The translations under genes were made by a program, and so were the position numbers. Below, piece after piece: positions 40,595-49,773 of a stretch of 64,000 nucleotides of DNA. Location: positions 105,241-169,240 of the forward strand of contig OY764332.1 in the NCBI GenBank assembly GCA_963668425.1, in the 5' to 3' direction. Position 1 is the first letter of the stretch. Each line of letters starts with the position of its first letter. The notes under the pieces are model-generated. The model did no database searches, was not told where the DNA came from, and was given only the letters and a program-made list of their open reading frames with translations. This stretch comes from Minisyncoccota bacterium. Lineage in GTDB: Bacteria > Patescibacteriota > Minisyncoccia > Phycocordibacterales > JABAAK01.

Positions 40595-40944
40595 GTTTTT
40601 TTGTTAAAAATGCAAAGTCACTCCGAACAGTCCAAACACAAATACTGAAACAGACATTATAATCGTTGCCAGCACCAACTGAATGAACCCAATAAGGAGT
40701 AACCCCAATAACGCTTCAGCGCTTTCGATAGTAAAAAGCGTGCTAAAAATAAAGTCCTTTTCCATATGCATTTTGTTATCTTAATAATATCCGCCGTTAG
40801 GTAGACGGGGCTTCAGGAACAGTATATATCAGTGTCGGCTGGTACGCAAATGCACGATTAATCGTGTATTTACCGCGCCCCTTCTTTACCTTATTTTTGG
40901 GTTGAACCTTGCCCTCTGGTTATAGTCCGGTTTGGGTATTGAAA

Positions 40945-42171
40945 TCAATGATTTTTGTAAGCATCATAGTAACGTTGCATATCGTTTGTATTAACATTTT
41001 CTAATCCAGCCGCCCATCCCACTCTCTTTACTATATCAAAAAGTGATTCAGTATAATTCTTTTTAAGATTCTGATACATGATTGTCTCTGTAAGATTAAT
41101 GGAGTCATCAACTGAGCCATTATTAAAAGGTTCCTCGGTCTTTAAACTTAAGTTTGTTTCATTAGGGATGTTTCCAAATGGAACATTTTCAATATTGTCC
41201 AGTGATACCTTTAATTCAAGAAAGCCCCAGTACCCAATCTCTGCATAAAACTCTATGGCTGACGCGAGGAATAGATCAAGGCGAGATAATAAGTGCCCAA
41301 GATGAAAAACATCATGCCCGCCTTCTGTGTCTTTTTTAGAACGAATTTTTGTTTTGTGATAGTAAAAACCATATTGATTCAGTTCATCGTAGAGCAATCC
41401 AAGAATAGAGTGCTGAAAAAGCCGACAAAACCCATGTTGCACTGGTGAAAATATACAGTCGGAATTGTTGCGTGGGAGTGGAAACTGGACGACGCCCCAT
41501 CTACTAACCTGCATCTTTGTTAATATATTATTAGGGAGTTCCTGGTAGTCAGCCAGTATGTCAAATGGATACAGCGGGACAATACTGAAAGAGGTATCTA
41601 TACACCTTGGGTCTTGTTTGAACCTTTTACATAACACAACAGATCTTTCCTTTGCGGATTGATAAAAAGATTCTTTTAATTCAGTGGATTTTTTGCGCTT
41701 TTCAGTAAGCCAAAGTATCCTGTCAACATTTGCCAACTCTTCTGGCTCGTTGCTTGTATCAGTCCTGATATACACCTTTGTATTGTCTTTGATTGCGTGC
41801 GGTGTTGTATCGCTTTGCGGTACCCTGATCACAATCAAAGCATTCTCTTCCTTTTCATCTGAACAAATTTGCACTTCAGGGAAAATCGGAGGGGTGATTC
41901 TTCCAAGCACAATATTATTAATTCGCTCCCGTAGACCCTTTTTATAAGCAATACCCTGTACAGGCAATTCTGGTGTACTATCTTTGTCCTCAACACCAAT
42001 TATAATAACCCCTCCCCATGTATTAGCCATAGCAGCCATGGTTTTTGGCAAACTTGCATTATTGATTTCTCGTTTGTAATCAAGATGTATTGATTCTCGG
42101 TGTTTTTCTTCGCAGAAATCAATCACATCCTGATAGGTGATTTCTTCAATTTTTTTGGTGTATAGCAACAT
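40945..42171 (-). CDS. Schlafen/AlbA_2-domain protein
   Basis: ESIHLDYK, KTMAAMANTWGGVIIIGVED, IRVPQS..PH, VYIR. Confidence 0.88.
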   Translation of the reverse strand: MLLYTKKIEEITYQDVIDFCEEKHRESIHLDYKREINNASLPKTMAAMANTWGGVIIIGVEDKDSTPELPVQGIAYKKGLRERINNIVLGRITPPIFPEVQICSDEKEENALIVIRVPQSDTTPHAIKDNTKVYIRTDTSNEPEELANVDRILWLTEKRKKSTELKESFYQSAKERSVVLCKRFKQDPRCIDTSFSIVPLYPFDILADYQELPNNILTKMQVSRWGVVQFPLPRNNSDCIFSPVQHGFCRLFQHSILGLLYDELNQYGFYYHKTKIRSKKDTEGGHDVFHLGHLLSRLDLFLASAIEFYAEIGYWGFLELKVSLDNIENVPFGNIPNETNLSLKTEEPFNNGSVDDSINLTETIMYQNLKKNYTESLFDIVKRVGWAAGLENVNTNDMQRYYDAYKNH

Positions 42172-42224
42172 ACTTTACTGTACCCTAATTTGACCTTTTT
42201 TATCAAGGGCAAGGTTTGCCCCAT

Positions 42225-42263
42225 GCAAAACGGTTAAAAGGGTGTCTATAGCAATCGCGCCAC
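42225..42263. repeat. 39-bp exact direct repeat, copy 2
   Basis: Identical to 38533-38571. Confidence 0.93.
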
Positions 42264-42407
42264 TTACGATTAGATTCTTGGTTGAAATACAGCAATTATC
42301 TTGCCACACCATTTACGACCTGGCACCATCTCAACCAATGACAACCTTTCTTTGTAAAAGAGATTTTTGTTTAGTGCATGGATTTAATAATCTAGTGCAA
42401 CAGTAAA

Positions 42408-43190
42408 TTACTTATTTCGAATTATGTTCCACAAGCATTCTCTATCTTCGGCATTTAATACTTCAGAAAGGTGATCAAATTCAAGTACTATAGATGCGAA
42501 ATACCTTTCTATCTCTTTTAAATCTTTTGACACTTCTTCCTCCTTGGAGAAAGTGTGGTTTGGGTGAATGTACCTACTACAATTTTGATAAAGCGCTGAA
42601 AAAACATATCGTTCTTTTTTAGTGTCCTCAGTTTCAAAAGCTTGTATTGCTTGTTCATAAATGCTTTTTTTTGCAATTGATTTTAACAAAGGATTGTCAT
42701 TGATTTCTTTCTCGTGCTCTTGTATTTTTGCATTAGCTTCTGACTCCCCTTCTTTGATTTTTTTCTCAGTTTCTGCAATATCTTTAAGATCCTGTTCGGT
42801 TGTTTTAGGATTTTCTTTCATCTCTTTCAGAGATTTTTTTCTTGCTTTCCAATGGCGTAACCCTTCATTGCAAAATTTTAATTCAAAAGCCCTAACTACC
42901 CTCTCCTGCTCTTCCATAGTTTTGTACTCTGAAACATGTTTCTTGATTAGAAGTATTTTTATAAGTACTTCCAGTAAAACCCTGAGCAATACTGCATTTG
43001 TTTTTGCATATCTATTATTATTTTTTGTATTATTTTCTGCTAATGTTATTATTTCTACAGCATACTCAAACAACTCACATATCTTATCAAGCACTGCCTG
43101 TGATTGTATTAGGGCAACCTTTACTTTTGAAGGTTTGCTGATAATGCCGTCTCCGATATTTATTAACTTATTTATTGTTTTATCTGACAT
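42408..43190 (-). CDS. DUF5677-like (HEPN-related) protein
   Basis: A.LLR.LLE....LLI and Y..CS.YIHP motifs. Confidence 0.65.
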   Translation of the reverse strand: MSDKTINKLINIGDGIISKPSKVKVALIQSQAVLDKICELFEYAVEIITLAENNTKNNNRYAKTNAVLLRVLLEVLIKILLIKKHVSEYKTMEEQERVVRAFELKFCNEGLRHWKARKKSLKEMKENPKTTEQDLKDIAETEKKIKEGESEANAKIQEHEKEINDNPLLKSIAKKSIYEQAIQAFETEDTKKERYVFSALYQNCSRYIHPNHTFSKEEEVSKDLKEIERYFASIVLEFDHLSEVLNAEDRECLWNIIRNK

Positions 43191-43305
43191 TTTGTGTACG
43201 CATAGTGTAGTATATTTTTGTGTTTCAGGCAAAAGAAATTTTGTTCAATCTTGGTATTTTCTAAATGTTCGGAGGTTGGATTGTGAAGTATAATCTAAAC
43301 ATACC

Positions 43306-43641
43306 ATGAAACAAGAGAAGATACAATGTGTTCTAAAAGCTGTGTTGCGTTGGTTGTTTTGCTGGATACCGCTTGCATTTTTGATAGGTGTAATGTCATT
43401 GCTCCTGCTCTATGTTTTCGGTTTCTATTATGATAGTGATGTTTCCGGTTTCTATGATAGTGATGTCGTACCATTCACGCTGCCTGCAGTGCCCTTAATG
43501 GTATTGGTGGTGAATATCCTCTTTAGATTGTGGGAATATGCTTTTGATAAATCAGTTCGTTTTGCCGCTATTTTATCTTGCACAATCCCCTTTGTGTTGT
43601 TTCTATCTCTGCTTTTTTTGTCTGTTTTGTTTGGGTGGTAG
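43306..43641 (+). CDS. Small 3-TM membrane protein
   Basis: Hydrophobic 111-aa ORF with an internal GFYDSDV duplication; -10 TATAAT upstream. Confidence 0.7.
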   Translation: MKQEKIQCVLKAVLRWLFCWIPLAFLIGVMSLLLLYVFGFYYDSDVSGFYDSDVVPFTLPAVPLMVLVVNILFRLWEYAFDKSVRFAAILSCTIPFVLFLSLLFLSVLFGW

Positions 43642-44071
43642 TACTTAATAACGACACTGTATGAATAAAAATTTCTAGATGTCACTATATCCGTGCTGTG
43701 AACCTCTAACTACACACCAAGTGCTGATACTATCTCAACCAACGACAACCATCCTTTATATTTTCAATCAGGAGTGAGTCAGTAAAAAATCTGTTGGAAG
43801 TTGCTTATAGGTGTAATTTCGTGGATATGGCGATGGGCAAATGTTAAAAATGCTCTTATAGCATCGAATTTCATACATATAAGGGTGGTTTTTGTAATAA
43901 TCAGACAAAAAATACTCTTATATCTCTAAAAATCAGACCTATAAGGATTTAACCCTTATTTCATAAGGCGAAACGGCTATAGAACTACAAAAACCCTATA
44001 TCTAAAGAGGATTTTATGTAGTGAAAGTATATTATAGTAGCCATCTTTTTATTGAGGAATTATATACTTAA

Positions 44072-44569
44072 TTACCCCAGCAGTCCGTTATTGACCTCTC
44101 TTTGAAACTCTTGTATGGCATACACACCAATCAAGGCACGATCAGGACTGACCTGATCCTTCAACCACTCCACTGCCTTTTTTTTATATCCACCTCCATC
44201 AAGTAGTATTATTGTTGGTACGTCTGCTTTAATAATGTTGTGCAGTAAAAAAGGATACTTCTCATCCACCGATCCTGATGACTGTTGCCATTTGCATTCT
44301 ATGACTAATCCATCATCAAACAACTCCTTATTGAAAACTATAAAATCACACTTCCTTGGAGATTCATATATTGTAGTTCCGATAGGTACTTGTTTTGAAT
44401 ACTGTTTTCCACCAATCAAACTGATGTTTTTATACAACTGATTCTTGTGATCCCGGAACTCTGTATACCCTTTGCCTATCAAAACACTTTCAATAAGCAT
44501 CTCTAAACTTTCTCCAGTTTTGTTTGCCTTTGTTCCGCCTGTATCAGTAGTTTTTGATGATGAGTTCAT
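44072..44569 (-). CDS. PD-(D/E)xK nuclease, probable type II restriction endonuclease
   Basis: G..LE, CDFIV, IECKWQ..SGSVDEK; overlaps the methylase stop. Confidence 0.82.
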   Translation of the reverse strand: MNSSSKTTDTGGTKANKTGESLEMLIESVLIGKGYTEFRDHKNQLYKNISLIGGKQYSKQVPIGTTIYESPRKCDFIVFNKELFDDGLVIECKWQQSSGSVDEKYPFLLHNIIKADVPTIILLDGGGYKKKAVEWLKDQVSPDRALIGVYAIQEFQREVNNGLLG

Positions 44570-45425
44570 TTTCTTTTCCTCGTTGATGTGCTTTACAGGA
44601 CACCGATCTGCTCGCCTGTATTACCTCTATAGTATACTTGCTGTATAAAAAGCGTATGAGTGGTGTATCGCTATTTGAGAGCAGAAAATATGATCCAACT
44701 TTGTTTATTTCATTACAAAAATCAGCAAGTTTTTCATGCTCCTCCTTACCGAAACCTGCACCGTTGTACTGACTGTATGTTGTGTGGTACGGGGGATCAA
44801 GATAGTAAAAGGTGTTCTTTTTTGGTTTCAATTGCGTAAAATCTTTTTGTTCTATGACGGTGTCTTTTAAGGACGCAGAACAAGCACGCAGATTATCCTC
44901 ATCAAGTATTGACGGATTTTCATAAGACCCTATAGGAACATTGAAACCGCCTGACTTGTTTACTCTGTACAGACCATTGAAACAAGTTTTGTTAAGGTAT
45001 ATGAATATAGCCGCAATTTTTGCACGATCTGTTTCTGTGTTCAATCTTGCTCTCACTCTGCCGTAGTATTCTTTGTTGTGATTTTTCTTGTGCCGTTTTA
45101 GGTGCCGTACAACATCATCAACAGTATCACGAACTGCACTGTAAGTTGCTATCAGCGTGAAGTTTATATCGGACAGGTGGGCATTCTCTGGCTGTATTTC
45201 AAAAAAAAGTGCACCGCCACCAACAAATGGTTCACAATAATATCCGGTAAAGCCGACCTTTGCTTGTTCAGTCAGATGTGGCAATGCTGATCGCTTTCCT
45301 CCTACCCACTTCACGAATGGTTTAGCAGATATGTGTAAATCACTTACATCCTGACCCGCAATGGTTTGTAAAACATCATTAAATGATCCATCAATCGGAT
45401 CGTGGTGTTTTCTTTCTCGTATCAT
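44544..45425 (-). CDS. Dam-family (D12 class) DNA adenine methyltransferase
   Basis: KWVGGKR, EPFVGGG, NGLYRVN..G.FNVP, DPPY, LSNS. Confidence 0.95.
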   Translation of the reverse strand: MIRERKHHDPIDGSFNDVLQTIAGQDVSDLHISAKPFVKWVGGKRSALPHLTEQAKVGFTGYYCEPFVGGGALFFEIQPENAHLSDINFTLIATYSAVRDTVDDVVRHLKRHKKNHNKEYYGRVRARLNTETDRAKIAAIFIYLNKTCFNGLYRVNKSGGFNVPIGSYENPSILDEDNLRACSASLKDTVIEQKDFTQLKPKKNTFYYLDPPYHTTYSQYNGAGFGKEEHEKLADFCNEINKVGSYFLLSNSDTPLIRFLYSKYTIEVIQASRSVSCKAHQRGKENELIIKNY

Positions 45426-45753
45426 ATTTATTTTGTAATTACCTTGTAAGAGGTGGTAGGACTTTCAGTTATGTTTACCAGTATACCGTTGAATACATCA
45501 GTAATCTTTTCAGCCCTGCTGGTGTGTGATATACTACTAATTGAAACTAATTGACACTTTTTAATAGGTTCACTGTTAATACCGCTATGAAAAAGAACAG
45601 GAAGATGACAATCAAAGAGTATGCAGAAAAAAGGAATATTGATTTTGAAAGATTATTTTCTGGTGAGAATCCAAACATATCTATGCAATCCTATCTAAAA
45701 AAAGATAGGACTTCCAAGTGTTGCAAAAGTATTTTGTATATTGAATAACGAGA

Positions 45754-45859
45754 AAGCGTAATGCCGGTTAAGTGTCGTATCACAGCACCGAAACATACGT
45801 TGCTTAGAAAAAGGTCCGTCAGGGACTTTTTTTGTTTTTTTACAGCATCAACGCTCTGG
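45754..45859 (+). repeat. Orphan inverted copy of the DUF3800 3' end plus its associated RNA (homologous to 52502-52606)
   Basis: AAGCGTAATGCCGGTTAAGTGTCGTATCACAGCACCGAAACATACGTTGCTTAGAAAAAGGTCCGTCAGGGA matches the reverse complement of the 52.5-kb element with few substitutions. Confidence 0.9.
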
Positions 45860-46030
45860 CAATTAGGTTCTCGACTGAAGTACAACAATTGTGCATATTA
45901 GAGGGCGGAGTGGCTCTCAAGAGGTGTGTAAAATAAGGTGATAATTTGGTTTTCAACACTTCTTGCGGAAAAAATATATTTTTGATATACTGTTAGTGAC
46001 TTGAGGTTATCTCAGGTGGCAAAACCCCTA

Positions 46031-46780
46031 TCAAAGGGGCTTTTTGTTTCTCCTTTTTCTGCCCTCTGGCAATAACCTGCAACTCCCCTCGTCGTCACGA
46101 TGGATAAGTTTTTGCTTTTCCATAGAAACCAACTTTTTTTTAAACCTGGTTTTATTTTGTTCTTTGTTCATGCCAAATAACTCTTCAAGTGTCTTATCTC
46201 CATCTTCAAGAGATAGTAATATTTCTTTTTCTGAGGTCAATCTTGGGTCAGTAATGACCTTCTTGTTGCCAACTTTGAGTATGTCAGGAAACATAATATC
46301 TGCAGATTCATCAATCTTTTGTTGTATTTGTTTGGTATCCATATCGCTGTATAGTCGTATTAGCTCAGCATATATCCATTTGGTTGCATAGAAGGTGAAA
46401 TTAGTGTCAATACGCTCCAGATTAACCCCGCCGAGGTGTGCGGCATCTCTCTCATTACGAAAACCGAGCAAGATTTTAACCAATGGAGCAACTTTTGTTC
46501 TTAGTGATACATCAGCACCTGAATTGTTTGCTAGATTATTAATAATCTTTCCAGTATCAGAAATCTGTTTGCCTATTGGGGTGAATTTTTTTGTTAAAAT
46601 ATATTCAAAAATTCGCAGTATTACCTCACAGAATTTTCCTACAGATGTTTCATGATGCTCAAAGTCACTGCTTTGATACCTACCTATCACTTTTTTGTAT
46701 TCAGCGGTCAGCGTCTTTTCTAATTCCTTTGGAATGCCCGCAAAAAGAGGGTGTTTATTTTTCTGTTTTTTTCTTGCCAT
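46031..46780 (-). CDS. HEPN-domain protein with C-terminal winged helix
   Basis: GKFCEV.LR, FRNERDAAHLGG (RxxxxxxH), WIYAELIR; C-terminal L..MEKQKLIH....CRLLPEG. Confidence 0.75.
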   Translation of the reverse strand: MARKKQKNKHPLFAGIPKELEKTLTAEYKKVIGRYQSSDFEHHETSVGKFCEVILRIFEYILTKKFTPIGKQISDTGKIINNLANNSGADVSLRTKVAPLVKILLGFRNERDAAHLGGVNLERIDTNFTFYATKWIYAELIRLYSDMDTKQIQQKIDESADIMFPDILKVGNKKVITDPRLTSEKEILLSLEDGDKTLEELFGMNKEQNKTRFKKKLVSMEKQKLIHRDDEGSCRLLPEGRKRRNKKPL

Positions 46781-47243
46781 GTTTTTTTCTCTTACTCTTA
46801 TGGTATTTTTTAGAAATGTTTTTCAGTGAATCTTCATTGGGGAGTTGTGATACTATCTCTCTCGTGGTTGCATTTATCTTATATTTCCCATGCCCAGCAC
46901 CACTTATATACCCATATGTCCCTATGGAGTGCTGAATGTCTTTACCAATATTCCTCCCATTCATTAATGAAACCTCCGTCTCTAAAAAAGATTCTAATGC
47001 TTTTTTTTCAATGACTTCATTACTACTGCCATTGGTTAAATAATATACAGCAAGAGCGACGATAAAATAGTAGTTTTTTGTTTCTTTTTCTTGAAAAAAA
47101 GTGTCCCATTCGTTTGGGATAAGTTTTAACTCACCTTTGGTTGGGTTATTTGTTGTTCTTTCTGCAGATACTGATTGATTCTTTAACAAATCTCTAATCT
47201 CCTCCAAGAGTTTTATTATTACTTTTTCGTTTTCTGTGTTCAT
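46755..47243 (-). CDS. Putative winged-helix protein
   Basis: FF......Y..VALAVYYL ... GYI......YKIN.T pattern; basic tail; overlaps both neighbours. Confidence 0.6.
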   Translation of the reverse strand: MNTENEKVIIKLLEEIRDLLKNQSVSAERTTNNPTKGELKLIPNEWDTFFQEKETKNYYFIVALAVYYLTNGSSNEVIEKKALESFLETEVSLMNGRNIGKDIQHSIGTYGYISGAGHGKYKINATTREIVSQLPNEDSLKNISKKYHKSKRKKHGKKKTEK

Positions 47244-47650
47244 TTTTCTTCTTCTTTTCTTAACTCTGCGAGCGCCTCAAGCCCTGTGTTGGTCAGTGAG
47301 TACATCCTATTCCTATGCTTGCCAGAGATAACGTCAACAAACCCTTTTTTGTGCAACCGAGCAATCACATCACTTGGGTTTCCAGGCGTTTTTTCTTTTA
47401 CGGTTTTGTAGGACTCTTGAATCGCTTTCAGGTCAAACCCATCCTTACTGTTCTCATTATCCAGTATTGACATGATCGCAAGGCACTTTTCTACGTCTGA
47501 TTCCAAGCTATATTGCAAGAAGATCTCTCGCTTGCTTAGGTTTTTTTTAATAGATGATTTCACCTCGCTGGAAGACATCTGGCTCTCTATTGCTGCAACC
47601 CTTTTTACAAGTGCATCAAAATCTTCTTTTGTTATTGTCTTTGTCGTCAT
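47240..47650 (-). CDS. Putative coiled-coil + winged-helix protein
   Basis: LVKRVAAIE, SKRE.F, KEKTPGNPSDVIARLHKKGFV....YSLTNTG wHTH pattern. Confidence 0.65.
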   Translation of the reverse strand: MTTKTITKEDFDALVKRVAAIESQMSSSEVKSSIKKNLSKREIFLQYSLESDVEKCLAIMSILDNENSKDGFDLKAIQESYKTVKEKTPGNPSDVIARLHKKGFVDVISGKHRNRMYSLTNTGLEALAELRKEEEK

Positions 47651-47958
47651 AATATTTATAGCATACAGCACTGTTAAGAATCTGTCAATGCATCATAATA
47701 ATGTTTCTATTTTTGTTTTTTGTTGTATATGCTTTTCAGTAGATAAAAAGTATAATATTCTTATTTTACCATGGTCTATCTATATTTATTTTCAATATTT
47801 TTACAAAAATCAAAATAAAAAAATAAAATCGTTTTTTGAGTACCTTAAAAAGTATAAAAATATGTTTATTTATTAGGTTAAAATTTATCTTTTGTAACTG
47901 CTTGCTATAAAAAATAATTTTTTTGACTTCTTATTAATTTTTATGTATACTTACTCAT

Positions 47959-48546
47959 ATGATGACATTTAAAGAAAAAATTTACTTACTATTGTTAGAT
48001 AAGTGCAATTTGATGACTATATCTATGGCAGTTATTGCTGTTATATCTGTTACTATAATTTGCTCACCATCTGTTTTGAAATATGCTATTGGCCATACCT
48101 TATTGCAATATGTTTTTCCAGCATCCGCTGCAATATCTACAGCATGTCTTGCTTTTTTTACTTATTTAAATTACAGAATAAAGCTTAATGGTGTAGTATT
48201 GTTCATTTGCAGAGAATCTGGTTTGTATGACCACCTTAAGGCGAAAAGAGCGATAGATGGAAAGTCAGAGCAGTACTTATATATTCAAGTCAATAATGCA
48301 TGCAGGAATGCCATCACTCTTTCCATTTTCAAAAGTGATAATGGCTTTGAAATGCCACTTGCAAGTAAAAAAGAAAGTGATGCGTTTAGTTTTAATTGGA
48401 TAATAGAAGCAGGCAAACGTCATCATAATTTATTTTCAATAGATACAAAACAATTTGAGACACTCAAAAAGAGTAAGTATCTATATGTCATAGACTTTTC
48501 AGGCAAGCCGTATAAGTTATCTCTGCCCGACCAACCTGCAAAATAG
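47959..48546 (+). CDS. Hypothetical 2-TM membrane protein
   Basis: 195-aa ORF; promoter TTGACT...TATACT with the -10 box 7 nt upstream of the ATG. Confidence 0.65.
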   Translation: MMTFKEKIYLLLLDKCNLMTISMAVIAVISVTIICSPSVLKYAIGHTLLQYVFPASAAISTACLAFFTYLNYRIKLNGVVLFICRESGLYDHLKAKRAIDGKSEQYLYIQVNNACRNAITLSIFKSDNGFEMPLASKKESDAFSFNWIIEAGKRHHNLFSIDTKQFETLKKSKYLYVIDFSGKPYKLSLPDQPAK

Positions 48547-48888
48547 CACTGACATGAATGAGTGAAATGCCCCTGGCGAAGGTGGATATGCTCCAAGTTA
48601 ATGCCTTCATGGACCAAAACCTCTATATTGCAATATACTCTTGTCGTAAACCTCACTATACACCAAGCGACAATAATGTGCCAATAAATATCGTCAGCTT
48701 CCCGACTGCGGTGTGGCAATTATTTTACCTAATAAATATATTAGGTTAAAATCTGCCACAACTTCTTGAGGTAAGGTATGCTTTTTGCCTTTTCTTCGAG
48801 TGTTTCTTTTTTTATTTTCTGCTCAAGCCATTTTTTTGTGATCTCATCGCACCCCTACTACCTTTTTATCACATGGCAACATATTTAT

Positions 48889-49755
48889 CTAAAACCCCTC
48901 TTTTTGCAGATCTTTTAGTATTTCTTTTGCCTTTTTGCTGAGTTTTTTGGGGTATGCGATGTGGCAGAATACAATCAATCGGTCGTTGCCTGCTGGTCGT
49001 GGTATTCCTTTTCCTTGAAATACAATATGGGTTCCCTCTCTGCTCATTTCTGGCACTGTTACTGCGAGTGTGTTGCCCCGTATGTCCTGTATTTCTTTTG
49101 TGGTGCCGAGCACTGCCTCACTCGGTGTTAGCTGTAGTGGGCATACCACATCGCCACCTTGGCGTTCAAACACTGGGTGTCTTTGCACTCGTATCTGTAT
49201 GAATAGGTCTCCTGGTGCTGATTGCCCGTCTTTTGATATCTCTCCTTTTCCTGCGTACTGCAGTCGTGCTCCCGGCTCTATTCCTGCCGGTATCTGTACC
49301 TCAATTGTCTCGGATGCTTTTCTTCGGTATGGTATGGTGAATTGTTTTGTTGTGCCGAATATTGACTCTTCAAATGAGATAGTTAGGTCAATCTGTATAT
49401 TCGCTCCACGGTTCATTGCTTCACGAAACATTGCTTTACGGTTCATTATTTCACGAAACATCTGGTTAATGGCATCGTCAAAGCCACCCGCACTACCGCC
49501 GAAATCAAACCCCTCAAAGCCAGAGGTGTCAGAGCCACCTGCACCTGCGCTTCGTGGGTCCACTCCGGCGTCATACTGTGCCCTTTTTTGTTGATTGCTC
49601 AATATTTGATATGCCTCATTCACTTCTTTGAATTTATTCACGTCACCTCCTTTTTTATCAGGATGATACTGATGTGCTAATGTACGAAACGCCTTTTGAA
49701 TATCCTCTTGGGATGCTCCTCTGTCAACACCGAGTATCTTGTAGTAATCTTTCAT
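48889..49755 (-). CDS. dnaJ: DnaJ-class chaperone lacking the Zn-finger (class B/CbpA-like)
   Basis: J-domain DYY.ILGV...HPD, G/F region, GDL...HPVFERQG; no CxxCxGxG repeats. Confidence 0.9.
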   Translation of the reverse strand: MKDYYKILGVDRGASQEDIQKAFRTLAHQYHPDKKGGDVNKFKEVNEAYQILSNQQKRAQYDAGVDPRSAGAGGSDTSGFEGFDFGGSAGGFDDAINQMFREIMNRKAMFREAMNRGANIQIDLTISFEESIFGTTKQFTIPYRRKASETIEVQIPAGIEPGARLQYAGKGEISKDGQSAPGDLFIQIRVQRHPVFERQGGDVVCPLQLTPSEAVLGTTKEIQDIRGNTLAVTVPEMSREGTHIVFQGKGIPRPAGNDRLIVFCHIAYPKKLSKKAKEILKDLQKEGF

Positions 49756-49773
49756 ATTTGTAGTATAGAGGGG

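Noticed and set aside
30541-48700. Integron, prophage or IS element as the explanation for the island
   Set aside because: No tyrosine/serine recombinase, transposase or phage structural gene is visible, no convincing attC palindromes were found, and gene orientations are mixed.
48550-48880. ORFs 48423-48719 and 48558-48749
   Set aside because: The region looks like decayed coding sequence with stops in the most plausible frame, and no product can be supported.
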